This document shows, in pieces, positions 11,201 to 22,244 of a stretch of DNA of 64,000 nt (position 1 is its first letter; every line of letters begins with the position of its first letter). The stretch comes from a virus (Duplodnaviria; Caudoviricetes). The stretch lies in IMG/VR virus record IMGVR_UViG_3300031992_000022, positions 1 to 64,000 of that record. One strand, written 5' to 3'. The position numbers were made by a program, and so were the translations under genes. The notes beneath the pieces are model-generated. The model was not told the DNA's origin. It made no database searches and saw nothing but the letters and a program-made list of their open reading frames with translations.

Positions 11201-14200
11201 AAGATTATCATTTACATAACAATATAAATAGTTATATTTCTGATAAATTTTATCTTAAATATCATCAAAATCAAATTAGATTTAATCAATCTAATGGATA
11301 TTTATATACACAATTTGAAAAATTTAATTTAAGTTATACATATAATGATAAATATATATTCATTCCTGATGATACTTTAGGATTAAATATTATTAATTCA
11401 TATCAAGATAATTATAATTTTATAATTACAGATACAATGCCAGCATTACATAATGAATTATATGATCAATTTGGATTAAAATATAATCAAAATCGTTTAT
11501 GCTTTAATAAATTAAATGGTAAATTAATTAGTTATAATATTGAAAAATTTAATTTACATTATTGGCAAAAAGATAAATATACCTTTAATAAAGACGAAAT
11601 ATCATTAATAAATGCTTATAATACACATAAGGATGATTATAAATTTACAATTATTGAAGAAATACCAATATTACATACAGAATTAACTGATCAATTTGGA
11701 TTAAAATATCATCAAGATTATTTACGCTTTAATAACTCAAACGGCAAATTAATTAATTATCATATTGAAAAATTTAATTTACATTATTGGTATAATGATA
11801 AATATATCTTTGATAAAGATGAAATATCATTAATAAATATTTATAATGTATATAATGATAATTATAATTTTGCTATTACTGAAGAAATACCAATATTACA
11901 TACAGAATTAACTGATCAATTTGGATTAAAATATCATCAAGCAAAATTACAATTAAATAAAGATAACAAACGATTTATTAGTAATAATATTGAAAAATTT
12001 AATTTACATTACTATTTTAATGATATATTTGATAATTCTCATATACATGGATTATTAACATATCATATTGATTTTAAACCTAAAGAAATATATGATTTTT
12101 CTGTAAAAGAAACTAATACCTTAAGTACTTTATTATTCGATCGATATCAATTAAAATATCAACAAAATTATTTAAAACTAAATAAAAGTAATAATAAATT
12201 TATTAGTTATTTAATAGAAAAATATGATTTATATACATCAGCATTTGATAATTATAATTTTATTATTAAAGACGATTTATTAGCTAATATTAATTATTTT
12301 AATCAAGAAAAATATTTTCATGTTAAAGATAAATTATATAATGTATATCATGATTCTAATAATAAAGAACAATATCAATTAAAATATCAACAAAATTATT
12401 TAAAATTAAACAAAAGTAATAATAAATTTATTAATTATCTTGTAGATAAATATAATATTAATACATATTTAATAGATCAATATAATTTTTCTATTAATGA
12501 TAATTTTAATATAAACTTGAATTTTATTAATACAGATAAATATACTGTAAAAAATGAACTATATAATGTATATAATAATTTTAATGATCAGTATCAATTA
12601 AAATATCAACAAAATTATTTAAAATTAAACAAAAGTAATAATAAATTTATTAGTTATCTTGTAGATAAATATAATATTAATACATATTTAATAGATCAAT
12701 ATAATTTTCCTATTAATGATAATTTTAACATAAACTTGAATTTTATTAATACAGATAAATATACTATAAAAAATGAATTATATAATGTATATAACAATTT
12801 TAATGATCAGTATCAATTAAAATATCAACAAAATTATTTAAAACTAAACAAAAGTAATAATAAATTTATTAGTTATCTTGTAGATAAATATAATATTAAT
12901 ACATATTTAATAGATAAATATAATTTTTCTATTAATGATAGTTTTAACACATATTTATATACCACTAATATTGAAGATGAATATACTGTAGAAAATGAAC
13001 TATATAGTGTATATAACGATTTTGATGATCAATATCAATTAAAATATCAACAAAATTATTTAAAATTAAATAAAAATAATAATAAATTTATTAGTTATCT
13101 TGTAGATAAATATAATATTAATACATATTTAATAGATCAATATAAATTTTCTATTAATGATAGTTTTAATACATATTTATATACTGCTAATATTGAAGAT
13201 AAATATACTATAAAAAATGAACTATATAGTGTATATAACAATTTTAATGATCAGTATCAGTTAAAATATCAACAAAATTATTTAAAACTAAATAAAAATA
13301 ATAATAAATTCATTAGTTATCTTGTAGATAAATATAGTTTTAATACATATTTAATAGATAAATATAAATTTTCTATTAATGATAGTTTTAATACATATTT
13401 ATATACTGCTAATATTGAAGATGAATATACAGTAAAAAATGAACTATATAGTGTATATAATAATTTTGACGATCAGTATCAGTTAAAATATCAACAAAAT
13501 TATTTAAAATTAAATAAAAGTAATAATAAATTTATTAGTTATCTTGTAGATAAATATAATATTAATACATATTTAATAGATAAATATAATTTTTCTATTA
13601 ATGATAGTTTTAATACATATTTATATACCGCTAATATTGAAGATAAATATACTGTAAAGAATGAATTATATAATGTATATAACAATTTTGAAGATCAATA
13701 TTATATTTTTGATGAAGATGATAATAATTATTTAAAATTTATAACTAAAATATATAATATTGATATAAACAATAACAATATTCATACAAATGAAATTAAT
13801 ACAAATAATTTACGTTTATCATTATTTAAATTATATGGCATATTAAAATTTAATAGTATATCTCCTACATTAATATATCGAGATAAATATAATTGTTTTA
13901 TTGATGATACTATATTTTATAATATTAATTCTTTTAATAAAGAATTATATAAAATAAAAAATGAATTATATTTAATAAATAATAATTTTCAAGATCAATA
14001 TTCAATATATGATGAAGATAATGCTTTAATTTTAAATAAACATAATGGTGTATTTATTAGTAAATATGCAATAAAATATTATCTTAATCCTATATATAAT
14101 GATAAATATAACTCTAATATTAAAAATGAATATCTAACATATTATAATAATTCAGAATATGAATTATATAAAGTAAAAAATGAATTATATTCAATAAATA

Positions 14201-15996
14201 ATAATTTTCAAGATAAATATTCAATATATGATGAAGATAATGCTTTAATTTTAAATAAACATAATGGTGTATTTATTAGTAAATATGCGATAAAATATTA
14301 TCTTAATCCTATTTATAATGATAAATATAATTCTAATATTAAAAATGAATATCTAACACATTATAATAATTCAGAATATGAATTATATAATATAAAAAAT
14401 ACAAAATATGAATGGAATCCTGATTTAACTGATAAATATTCAATATATGATGAAGATAATGCTTTAATTCTAAATAAACATAATGGTATATTTATTAGTA
14501 AATATGCTACAAAATATCATTTTAATCCTATTTATAATGATAAATATATAGGATTAAAAAATTGTATTCCTACATTTACTACTAATACTCTTAGCGAAGA
14601 TCAATATTATACTAAAAATGATAATATTGCAGAATTACATCCAAATTATAGTGAACATTATATTTTAGACGAAAATATATATCGATTTAATAAATTTAAT
14701 GGAAGACTAATGAGTATTCCGGTAACAAAATATATGTTTAATTATAGATATAAAGAAAAAGATATCTTTCATATAAAAGAAAATTATTTTAATCATTTAC
14801 AATATTTTAATAAAGATCAGATTATTAAAAATATATTAGATAAATCTTCAATAAATATAACAAGTTCATATAATCAAATATATGATAAAGCATATGATAA
14901 CTTTTTAATTCATTATTATAAAAATAATTATGATAAATTTAACAAAATAAATGAAATTAATTTTAAGCATATATTTAGTTATTATAAAGAACAAGTCAAA
15001 GACATAGTAGAAAATTTATTCATAAATATAAATGCTACATATAATCAAATATATGATAAAGCTACTGAATGGAATTTAACGCATTATTATAATAACAATA
15101 ATGATATATTTAATCCTATACAAGAAGATAATTATTATAATCATTTATATAGTTATTATAATGAACAAATTAGCAATATAATTGATAATTCACATATACA
15201 TTATAAATATACATATTATCAAATTTATAATAAAGTAAAAGAATTTAGTATTCCTAATTTTATATCATTTGATAAATATAAGCTAGTAAATGAAATAAAT
15301 AATATATATAATCAAAGTAGTTATAATGAAATATTTAATACCCCGAAAAGTAAAATTAATTTAATACAATCAGATAATACTGATGAATATTTTAATTTAA
15401 ATATTGATATTAGAAATCCTTTACAATTTAATAAAATGCAATTAAATAAATGTAAATTTATTACTACGAGTAATGAAACATGTGATATTAATTTACTACC
15501 TGAAACTGATAATTTTAATTTACCGCAAGAATTAAATATAACGGATATATATAATACAGAAATTATAGAAAATCCAGAAGAAAATATAGAAGTAAATTGC
15601 GGTTTTAAAGAAGACAGCATATATAATAATGATATTCATCCTTTTCAATTTAATCTTTCACAATTTAATCAGCATAAATTTACATATAATAATATTATTG
15701 AGGATATATCATGTAATATTATTAATACTGAGTATATGATAAAGCCTATATTAATTTTAAATCATATAAATATTCAATATAAAGAATATATTAAAAAAGC
15801 ACAAAGTAAAATAACAATCAATACTGATATGGCATATAATGAAACTTATAAGAAATATATTACTTCTTATATTAGTGAAATAGTAAAAAATGAATATGAA
15901 AAAAAATATGAAATAGCATCTTCAGTTGCATATATGCAAGCAGAAAAAAGAATTAATAATCAATATATAATTATTAAGAAAAATAGTTATGTATAA
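8224..15996 (+). CDS. Giant baseplate/tail protein: glycoside-hydrolase-like N-terminus, wedge (gpI/gp7-like) middle, long tandem-repeat C-terminus
   Basis: RYWIIGVQPD...ILIGGP...YIDIFAI (GH-A-like); LYHNFGSLI...YRKLIK...GPT...TKPAHT (wedge-like); 73-75 aa repeats; follows baseplate J. Confidence 0.6.
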   Translation: MYTGIRLSNLALGEPLLNQNYEYNGKTGKDAITERLHDQFFKIYNLGIKYVIDTIIIQNNNSILSLYPGIGGDIWTLDERLQLYQKYAEQYNISIVVEIDISNITASNVNQYCNTILYDIILQYSWVRYWIIGVQPDSIINNQYKCAPELYTYILQQIYPKIKMFNSNILIGGPNIHQSIKQYIINKTGWLSIACGDLYNQDYTYNNLGKNGILDYIDIFAILGKQDSQYCPYNEYANIVDNIRELLYSKLSTNNILIFATNQGHTVALNDIDIYNSIINSITNTDIIENMNNMQLNQYTQNLFNAAKTTELNRQAYNDIKEICNALRSGVISFKRELLDSNTSKYGIYTSPSSVAIAKSSTYPFIFDILKNYTTIVRDSSIYESNDNIESITLQQETDNIINRATIIWPVSEQPVHIILQATSNIRQYYINNVTKKNVDYTYTTELTITYDQLLVVYEQVNQFVFDEADIKLNISRRLRYQREIHDQMMKELPSSYNSDTTDTNIYRIMRAFATELADASMRLTMLKEDISLDTAREEALYHNFGSLIRLQKQSTWSYEKYRKLIKGILSSLFRGPTTNSVATALQLFTEFKVSINELYKEKAQKKYADLLRHYNPDFTFIIEVEKPLDNSTYTQKELIEDNAYILQLTKPAHTIGIIIIILVGSEDWYTFYKDKYNTDWNTSDETKIHADFSKKINENTYGWKAIDYPGTFTISPTDNGIYKNSLLNGSAIIGPQYTLLDTSHLSNTASLTDLYNNTKIKEQLIYSIGLDAIEEYNNYTSQLCAISTELNEPRFGFIDNKYMQLSGDNITDKVLNKYLAFGNQSKLKDELLVYQQQFFSDKFLFSSTTNAIKFTTPDGISSQFAALNNIITEWQNYLKEHSFKEKLINGQIIERISDNINLYLEGYKEKFKNIYEQHKLAVNLQDNVDVTDDITLPIKLNEQYSNHKFLKRKREKLLYNPSYNDLYNIPDEIYPYELYWDRMNSEYFNPVQDYHLHNNINSYISDKFYLKYHQNQIRFNQSNGYLYTQFEKFNLSYTYNDKYIFIPDDTLGLNIINSYQDNYNFIITDTMPALHNELYDQFGLKYNQNRLCFNKLNGKLISYNIEKFNLHYWQKDKYTFNKDEISLINAYNTHKDDYKFTIIEEIPILHTELTDQFGLKYHQDYLRFNNSNGKLINYHIEKFNLHYWYNDKYIFDKDEISLINIYNVYNDNYNFAITEEIPILHTELTDQFGLKYHQAKLQLNKDNKRFISNNIEKFNLHYYFNDIFDNSHIHGLLTYHIDFKPKEIYDFSVKETNTLSTLLFDRYQLKYQQNYLKLNKSNNKFISYLIEKYDLYTSAFDNYNFIIKDDLLANINYFNQEKYFHVKDKLYNVYHDSNNKEQYQLKYQQNYLKLNKSNNKFINYLVDKYNINTYLIDQYNFSINDNFNINLNFINTDKYTVKNELYNVYNNFNDQYQLKYQQNYLKLNKSNNKFISYLVDKYNINTYLIDQYNFPINDNFNINLNFINTDKYTIKNELYNVYNNFNDQYQLKYQQNYLKLNKSNNKFISYLVDKYNINTYLIDKYNFSINDSFNTYLYTTNIEDEYTVENELYSVYNDFDDQYQLKYQQNYLKLNKNNNKFISYLVDKYNINTYLIDQYKFSINDSFNTYLYTANIEDKYTIKNELYSVYNNFNDQYQLKYQQNYLKLNKNNNKFISYLVDKYSFNTYLIDKYKFSINDSFNTYLYTANIEDEYTVKNELYSVYNNFDDQYQLKYQQNYLKLNKSNNKFISYLVDKYNINTYLIDKYNFSINDSFNTYLYTANIEDKYTVKNELYNVYNNFEDQYYIFDEDDNNYLKFITKIYNIDINNNNIHTNEINTNNLRLSLFKLYGILKFNSISPTLIYRDKYNCFIDDTIFYNINSFNKELYKIKNELYLINNNFQDQYSIYDEDNALILNKHNGVFISKYAIKYYLNPIYNDKYNSNIKNEYLTYYNNSEYELYKVKNELYSINNNFQDKYSIYDEDNALILNKHNGVFISKYAIKYYLNPIYNDKYNSNIKNEYLTHYNNSEYELYNIKNTKYEWNPDLTDKYSIYDEDNALILNKHNGIFISKYATKYHFNPIYNDKYIGLKNCIPTFTTNTLSEDQYYTKNDNIAELHPNYSEHYILDENIYRFNKFNGRLMSIPVTKYMFNYRYKEKDIFHIKENYFNHLQYFNKDQIIKNILDKSSINITSSYNQIYDKAYDNFLIHYYKNNYDKFNKINEINFKHIFSYYKEQVKDIVENLFININATYNQIYDKATEWNLTHYYNNNNDIFNPIQEDNYYNHLYSYYNEQISNIIDNSHIHYKYTYYQIYNKVKEFSIPNFISFDKYKLVNEINNIYNQSSYNEIFNTPKSKINLIQSDNTDEYFNLNIDIRNPLQFNKMQLNKCKFITTSNETCDINLLPETDNFNLPQELNITDIYNTEIIENPEENIEVNCGFKEDSIYNNDIHPFQFNLSQFNQHKFTYNNIIEDISCNIINTEYMIKPILILNHINIQYKEYIKKAQSKITINTDMAYNETYKKYITSYISEIVKNEYEKKYEIASSVAYMQAEKRINNQYIIIKKNSYV
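11250..14560 (+). repeat. Coding tandem repeats of about 219-225 bp in three sub-families
   Basis: DQFGLKY units (about 11464, 11689, 11914); QYQLKYQQNYLKLNK units (about 12370, 12589, 12808, 13030, 13252, 13474); YSIYDEDNALILNKHNG units (about 13998, 14217, 14436). Confidence 0.9.
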
Positions 15997-16030
15997 GCCT
16001 TTAGCAATAAAAAGCTAAAGGACCTTTTTT
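15997..16030 (+). terminator. Rho-independent terminator
   Basis: CCTTTAGC-aataaaa-GCTAAAGG followed by a T-run. Confidence 0.7.
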
Positions 16031-16066
16031 ATTTTTTTTTAGAAAATATTTTTTATAAAAATTGAG

Positions 16067-19000
16067 GTGCACATCAATTTGAATAAATATAATCCTAGAT
16101 TTGATCGCGGAGGCTACGGTAAATATAATAAAAATAAAAATTTTATTTCCATGGAAGCTGGAACTGATGCGTTTTATCTTGAAGATGAAGCAAATGAATC
16201 GCAGTGGATTCAAAACGAATTGCGCGCAGATATAATTAGAAAACATTATTATTCAGGAATTTTTCAAAAAGAAGATAATGATATTATATTATCATCTGAA
16301 ATTTTTAATGAAAATACTAATATACGTAATGCATTTTTTATTAAACCTATGATAGCCAATATTAATGGATATTTTATTAATGTTCATGGTAGTAATGGAC
16401 ATGGTATTCTACCTCAATCAGATTTAAATTATATAAAATTACCAGAACCTCCAGAAGAAGGAGAATATTATGATTTTATATATTTAGAAATGTGTTTCGC
16501 TGAAATAAAATTTAATAACGATATTTGGTATGATGGAAATTATAATAATTCTCATGGCACAGTTATTAATGACTTATTTGATAGGCGCTTACATGGTGAA
16601 TCTAATCGTCGTATTCAATTAAAATGGTCTATTCATACAGCTCGTATTCCAGTAAATTATGATAAATTATTTGATGAAAGTATAAATGCTGTATATGTTC
16701 CAGCTTATGGCGCATATCATAAACAATCTAAATTAGGTTTTTGGAATGCACCTACAGCATTAGATAATAAAACGATTAGTGATGATATTGGTTTATGGAT
16801 TGCAGGAACAGGATTACAAGAAAAAGAATTACCTTTATTATATACTACTGATGGATATTCATATGCAATACCTTTATTTAAAATTAAACGTAGAAATACA
16901 CAAGGATATTATTCAGCTAATTTATTTGGCGGAGATTTATTAACTAATAATACTAATCGTCCTGATGGCAAATTTGCAGATATTATTTATCAAGATGATA
17001 TAATTGATTTACGTAATTTAATTCGCATAGATAATATTAGCAAAATATTACATAATAATTTTGAAAATTTATTATTAAATAATTCTAATCGTGAAACTAA
17101 ATTATATTCTACATATTTTGGTGTGGACCCGATTATTACAGATGGTGATACTCTATTATATGAAGGATGTAACAAAAAAGATTTTAATACTAATTTATTA
17201 CAAGGTTCTAAAGAATACGAATTCACTTTAGGTGTAGAACAAGAAGGTATTATTTTAAAAAATAATACATATTTATCCCAATCTTTTAATATTAAAAATG
17301 TAAATCATCGCGGATTAACTATACAGTTTTTTATTAAAACCGAGTATAATGAATTAATAGGTTTATTAACTGTTAAGGATTCAATAAATAATATTTTATT
17401 AAAAGCTTCTATTAATGATGGTATTTTAAAAGTTAATAATATACAGTATGATTTTAAACAATATTTTAATAAATTTGTACATATTGCAATAGCATTTAAA
17501 AATACATTAATTGAATTAATTATTAATAATAAAATAGTTGCTTATATAGATAATGATATTAATTTAACTGATCAATTTGTTGTAGAAATTGGCAAAGCCG
17601 ATAATATATATGCTAATTGTATTTTTGATGAAATTGAAATTAGTAATGTATATGAAAATCAATTTAATAGAATACCTAAAGCATTAGGAAATAATAATGC
17701 CGATATCACTATCGATACACAGTTAGGCCGTAAAAACTATACATTAATTAATAATATTGATACTTATACTTTTCATGAACGATATACTACAGATATATAT
17801 GGCACAATTAATTTTGATTTAGAATTGCCTTCTAATTTATCTTTTACAGATGTACATCCTAATGTATATTTTGATAATGAATCAGATAATATTGCAGCTA
17901 ATATTACTTGGCAAAAAGAAAATAACATTTGGCACTGTAATATTATAGGATTAGGTAATAATATTCCATATAATTTAGTAATTATTGCAAATATACAATT
18001 TCCAGATAATCAAGGATTAAATCATTTACCTAAAAAAGCACATATCGCATTAGCAGAAAAAGCTATTGATAAAACATTTTTTGCTGTTATGGATTCCGTA
18101 GAATATCAATTACATAATATTAATTATATTAATAATGCTGCATTTAATAGTAAAGATAAAATATTCGCTATTAATCAATATACATGTCCATATGGATTTT
18201 GCGCAGGAATAAAATATTATTTACATGTAAATGGAAATAGCTTAACATTGAATAATAATATATATACATATATTTTAGGCATTTTTTCTATTATATATAA
18301 TGGTAAAAATATATTAAAAAATTATTATAAGCAAGATAATAAATTCATAATTATATTAACTGAAAATGTTGATGCTGAATTAGAATTTAATTTAATTATT
18401 AATGAATATTGTTGTTTATATTCATTAACTAAATCCGGAATATTAAATTTATATAAAATAGAAGAGATTAATGAAAAAGGTAATGGCACTAGAAAAGAAT
18501 TTATATATAGAAGCAATTCAAAAATAATTTCATCACTACAAAGTAAATTTGATCAACAAATATATCATTATGCTTATGTAAATAATATACCTACAAAAGT
18601 ACATATTAATATCACAGGTACTTTTATACATTATACTTTTGACATTGCACCAGCTAATAAAGCTGATATTTGTATGTATATAGTTAGTGAATATGATGTA
18701 TTACGTAGTGAAAGATTAGAATTTATATATGAAATTGATAATTATAAATCAGAAAATATTTATGATTATGATAATAACAATATTATATATTATGAAAATG
18801 AAATATTTGTTACTACTAATGGATATGGTGTATATCCGCATCAAAAAGATATTTTGCCTACTCAAGAATTAGCTTTAAAAGATGTTTCAACTTCTGCATA
18901 TGATACTATGGAACTTAATGAAAATGAAATATATTCGTTAGAAAATAATGAAGAATATACCGCGTATATGTTAAATAAAACTATGCCTACATTAGATTAT

Positions 19001-19468
19001 TTACCAATGACAGAATTATTAAAATTTAAATTAACACCAGTTGATATATTAAGCAGTAATCAATGTAAAATTATTTTTGATAAAGATAATTATGCTCATA
19101 TTTTAGTTAAAGATGCATTACCAATTTCTACAAATTTATCAGCTTATATAAATTATTGTATACCTAATAGTAATGGATCGTTTTTAAAAACATGTAATAA
19201 GTTATATACAAAATTCGCAAAAAAAACAGTACAAGGATATACTAATTGTTCTATTGATAATAAATCATTTTATTCATTAACAACATTAGATAAAGATAGT
19301 ACTCATATTAATGTATTTCCTTTTATTATTAAAGATAACAATACAAAACTTTTAAAAATGGGAATATTAACTCAATTAAAAAATGATAATCAAATATGTA
19401 TTGAAGCAAATAATTCCGCAATTATTATTTATTCTTTAAGTGAGAATTATTTACTTCGACATATATAA
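16067..19468 (+). CDS. Tail/baseplate structural protein with LamG/concanavalin-like domain
   Basis: N-terminal DEANESQWIQ, YAIPLFKIKRRN, RPDGKFADII; LamG-like FVHIAIAF...FDEIEISN. The likely start is the TTG at 16079 after GAGGTG. Confidence 0.6.
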   Translation: MHINLNKYNPRFDRGGYGKYNKNKNFISMEAGTDAFYLEDEANESQWIQNELRADIIRKHYYSGIFQKEDNDIILSSEIFNENTNIRNAFFIKPMIANINGYFINVHGSNGHGILPQSDLNYIKLPEPPEEGEYYDFIYLEMCFAEIKFNNDIWYDGNYNNSHGTVINDLFDRRLHGESNRRIQLKWSIHTARIPVNYDKLFDESINAVYVPAYGAYHKQSKLGFWNAPTALDNKTISDDIGLWIAGTGLQEKELPLLYTTDGYSYAIPLFKIKRRNTQGYYSANLFGGDLLTNNTNRPDGKFADIIYQDDIIDLRNLIRIDNISKILHNNFENLLLNNSNRETKLYSTYFGVDPIITDGDTLLYEGCNKKDFNTNLLQGSKEYEFTLGVEQEGIILKNNTYLSQSFNIKNVNHRGLTIQFFIKTEYNELIGLLTVKDSINNILLKASINDGILKVNNIQYDFKQYFNKFVHIAIAFKNTLIELIINNKIVAYIDNDINLTDQFVVEIGKADNIYANCIFDEIEISNVYENQFNRIPKALGNNNADITIDTQLGRKNYTLINNIDTYTFHERYTTDIYGTINFDLELPSNLSFTDVHPNVYFDNESDNIAANITWQKENNIWHCNIIGLGNNIPYNLVIIANIQFPDNQGLNHLPKKAHIALAEKAIDKTFFAVMDSVEYQLHNINYINNAAFNSKDKIFAINQYTCPYGFCAGIKYYLHVNGNSLTLNNNIYTYILGIFSIIYNGKNILKNYYKQDNKFIIILTENVDAELEFNLIINEYCCLYSLTKSGILNLYKIEEINEKGNGTRKEFIYRSNSKIISSLQSKFDQQIYHYAYVNNIPTKVHINITGTFIHYTFDIAPANKADICMYIVSEYDVLRSERLEFIYEIDNYKSENIYDYDNNNIIYYENEIFVTTNGYGVYPHQKDILPTQELALKDVSTSAYDTMELNENEIYSLENNEEYTAYMLNKTMPTLDYLPMTELLKFKLTPVDILSSNQCKIIFDKDNYAHILVKDALPISTNLSAYINYCIPNSNGSFLKTCNKLYTKFAKKTVQGYTNCSIDNKSFYSLTTLDKDSTHINVFPFIIKDNNTKLLKMGILTQLKNDNQICIEANNSAIIIYSLSENYLLRHI

Positions 19469-19501
19469 ATAAAAGGACTTAGCTAAATGAATATTTAAAA
19501 T

Positions 19502-19533
19502 AAAAAAGACTTAGATAATCTAAGTCCTTTTTT
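19502..19533. terminator. Bidirectional terminator between convergent genes
   Basis: AAAAAAGACTTAGA-taa-TCTAAGTC-cTTTTTT. Confidence 0.7.
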
Positions 19534-20111
19534 TAAGCATTAAGCATTGCATTAATGATACGATTATTAGATTTCTTAACAGGTTTAGCTGCAGTTTTTG
19601 TTTTAGCCTGTACAGAAGCAAGAGCTTTTTTCATGGTCGCCTGAGGGTCATAAGTAACACGATCAAAAGCGCAGAAAATACCAATTGAACGCATACGGTT
19701 TTCAATAATATTTTTTAATTTAGCTTCAATTTCTGGACGATCTTTAGCAGCAAAACGAGTAAGAACACGATTTGCAACTTCATTAGCATCTGCTAACATA
19801 TCTTCAAATTCATCAACAGTGGCTTTAGATACTGTTTTAATTGTTTCATGAAGTTCTTTAGGTGTTGCTTGAATAGAAGCAGTTTTCATACGAAGTTCAC
19901 GAGAAATTTCTTTTTCAAATTGAGCTTGAACGCCATGATTATCGAGTTCTTTTTCTACTTCAGTAAGAGCGGCTTTCGCATACTTAGCAGGAAAATAATT
20001 TTTTACTGTTTCTTCAGTATCTCTTAAAATTTCTTCGGTTTCTGCTTCCATAGCTGTAGTAATAGCTTTTGCAGCATTAATAATTTTTTGATTTAAAGCA
20101 ACTTTTGTCAT
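19533..20111 (-). CDS. Hypothetical Ala/Lys/Glu-rich helical protein (possible virion protein)
   Basis: Strong SD GGAGG; codon usage looks like a highly expressed gene. Confidence 0.6.
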   Translation of the reverse strand: MTKVALNQKIINAAKAITTAMEAETEEILRDTEETVKNYFPAKYAKAALTEVEKELDNHGVQAQFEKEISRELRMKTASIQATPKELHETIKTVSKATVDEFEDMLADANEVANRVLTRFAAKDRPEIEAKLKNIIENRMRSIGIFCAFDRVTYDPQATMKKALASVQAKTKTAAKPVKKSNNRIINAMLNA

Positions 20112-20134
20112 TATATATTTGCCTCCAATTTTTT

Positions 20135-21424
20135 TTATTGATTTTTAAATGCTAAACGCGAAAGTTGTTTTGTTTTTGACTGTTTATTAGCCATTTTGGG
20201 TTCTTCTTCTTCTTCACTAGGAATATCTAAATCTTCATCATTCATAGAAAAATTTTCATCTTTATCTGTTTCAAAATCTTCTGACGAAAAATCTTCAGGA
20301 ATATCATTATTTTCATCTTCTTCAGCAGGTAATTCTTCATTATTCATAGAAAAATCTTCATCATCTGGTAAGTCTAAATCTTCTTCATTATTAAAATCAA
20401 TAGTATCTTCATCAGTATCAGTATCAACGTTTTCTTCAGTATCATCGAAATTAAGCATACTATCAACTGCACTATCAACAGCATCGTCGTCAGTATCTGT
20501 ATCAATATCGGCGTCAGTATCAATATCAGCGTTAGCTTCAGACTCTGATTCTTCCATATCTAAATCTGTATTTTCATTATCATTTAAATTTGTTTCATTA
20601 TCATTTACATCAGGAATTTCGGCATCAGTCATAATTAAAGTTTCTGCAGGATCTTCATTAAGAATAGCATCAATATATTGATTCCAAGTATAATGTCCCT
20701 CAACAGTAGTACGATCTTGAGCATCTTCCTGCTGAATAGCTGATGCAGTACGGTCTGCTGCATCTTGCCATTCATCTTGACTTTCAAGAGCATATTGTTC
20801 ACCTGGATCATATGTAGGATGATATGGCGCATCAGTAACATGCTTTTTGCCCGGACCTTCAATATCAGCACTAGGAATAGGCTTAACGCCACCAGGACGA
20901 GTAATAATATCTGGATATTCACTGCTACCACTATTACCGGGCAATTCATTAACGGCTTCAGTTGCAGAAAAATCAGTTTCCGTATTTGCTTCATTACTAT
21001 CAGTATTTGCATCTATATCTGAAGAATTAAATTTAGAGTCATCAAAATCTGCAAGAGCATCAAAATCTAAGTCAAAATTTTTCTTTGCTGCAATTTTTGA
21101 AGTAGTCGGATTTTTAACTTCAGTCGTCGCAGGAACAACTCCATTATTAGTTTGAACTTCACCAGTAGTAGTAGGACCACAATTACCACCGCAAGCCGTT
21201 ACTTCTTCAAGAAGAAGGCCGGGACCAGATTTATCACGGTATTTAGTATCAACAATTTTATATTTTGTATTATCATAATCAACTAAAGTACCTACTTTAG
21301 CATTAGGATATGTTGAGCAATCAACAATAATTTGATTAGCGACTTTTTTATGGGAAGCTGTCTTTGTCATTTTTGAATATTGGTCATTTGCAAATTGATC
21401 TAACCATTCAATTTTTTTTGCCAT
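20135..21424 (-). CDS. Hypothetical protein with very acidic C-terminal half
   Basis: SD GGAGG; D/E-rich low-complexity region. Confidence 0.7.
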   Translation of the reverse strand: MAKKIEWLDQFANDQYSKMTKTASHKKVANQIIVDCSTYPNAKVGTLVDYDNTKYKIVDTKYRDKSGPGLLLEEVTACGGNCGPTTTGEVQTNNGVVPATTEVKNPTTSKIAAKKNFDLDFDALADFDDSKFNSSDIDANTDSNEANTETDFSATEAVNELPGNSGSSEYPDIITRPGGVKPIPSADIEGPGKKHVTDAPYHPTYDPGEQYALESQDEWQDAADRTASAIQQEDAQDRTTVEGHYTWNQYIDAILNEDPAETLIMTDAEIPDVNDNETNLNDNENTDLDMEESESEANADIDTDADIDTDTDDDAVDSAVDSMLNFDDTEENVDTDTDEDTIDFNNEEDLDLPDDEDFSMNNEELPAEEDENNDIPEDFSSEDFETDKDENFSMNDEDLDIPSEEEEEPKMANKQSKTKQLSRLAFKNQ

Positions 21425-21621
21425 ATATGTTAGGCCTCCATTTTACTTATACATTTAAAATAAAAAGTTATATATACAAAAATATTACAATTCTTCATTT
21501 ACAAAAAAATATAAACAATATTTATATTTTATTTTTCTCATTAAATAAATTTTATATAATAAAAATACTTTTTATTATAATTATATTTTTTATTTTATAA
21601 TAAAAAAATTAATATTATATT

Positions 21622-22230
21622 TTATTCATTTTTATTTTGATCTTTTTTATTTATTTCTTCAACTTTATTATTTTTATTTTCTTTTTTATCAGCTTTTGCT
21701 TTTTTTGTTAACTGTTTAGAATTATTATCTATACTATCAATTTTTTCTGAATTCATTGTAGCAGTACCATTTTTAGAAGGTTCTGCTTTGGAAATTTCAG
21801 TATTGGTCTGCTTTGTATCAATTACTTTTATTGAATTAGTTTCTTCTACTTTATTATTTTTTTCTGCTTGAATTACAGTTGTCGTATCATTTAATTTCGT
21901 TACTTTTTTAACCGATTGCTGTACAACATTATCAGGATCCATTAAAACAGCATTTTCAATAGTTTGCTGATTAGAACCTATAACAAACGCTTGATCTGCT
22001 ACTTTATTAGCAGTTAAATTGTTAATTGCTGATACAGTATTATCAGCAATTTGATTATTTTCATTAACAATTTCAATAAATTTACTTAATTGCTTGGCAT
22101 CTATAGAAGTATTAAATTGTTCTTTGTCAACTTCTACTATTTTTCCATTAGATGATAAGGCAATTTTTAAATCGTTAAGAACGATATTATAACCTTTTTT
22201 TGCTTTTATTTTCATTATTGAAAAATTCAC
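21622..22230 (-). CDS. Hypothetical protein
   Basis: Long ORF in the minus-strand block. Confidence 0.6.
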   Translation of the reverse strand: MNFSIMKIKAKKGYNIVLNDLKIALSSNGKIVEVDKEQFNTSIDAKQLSKFIEIVNENNQIADNTVSAINNLTANKVADQAFVIGSNQQTIENAVLMDPDNVVQQSVKKVTKLNDTTTVIQAEKNNKVEETNSIKVIDTKQTNTEISKAEPSKNGTATMNSEKIDSIDNNSKQLTKKAKADKKENKNNKVEEINKKDQNKNE

Positions 22231-22244
22231 TCCCTGAAAATTGT

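Noticed and set aside
11250-14560. CRISPR array or DGR target
   Set aside because: The units are 219-225 bp, in-frame and coding, with no unique spacers or adenine-specific variation.
20196-21155. Plus-strand Ser-rich ORFs (also 62998-63441, 63574-63798, 35062-35346, 49094-49387 and similar)
   Set aside because: Antisense shadows of real genes on the opposite strand.
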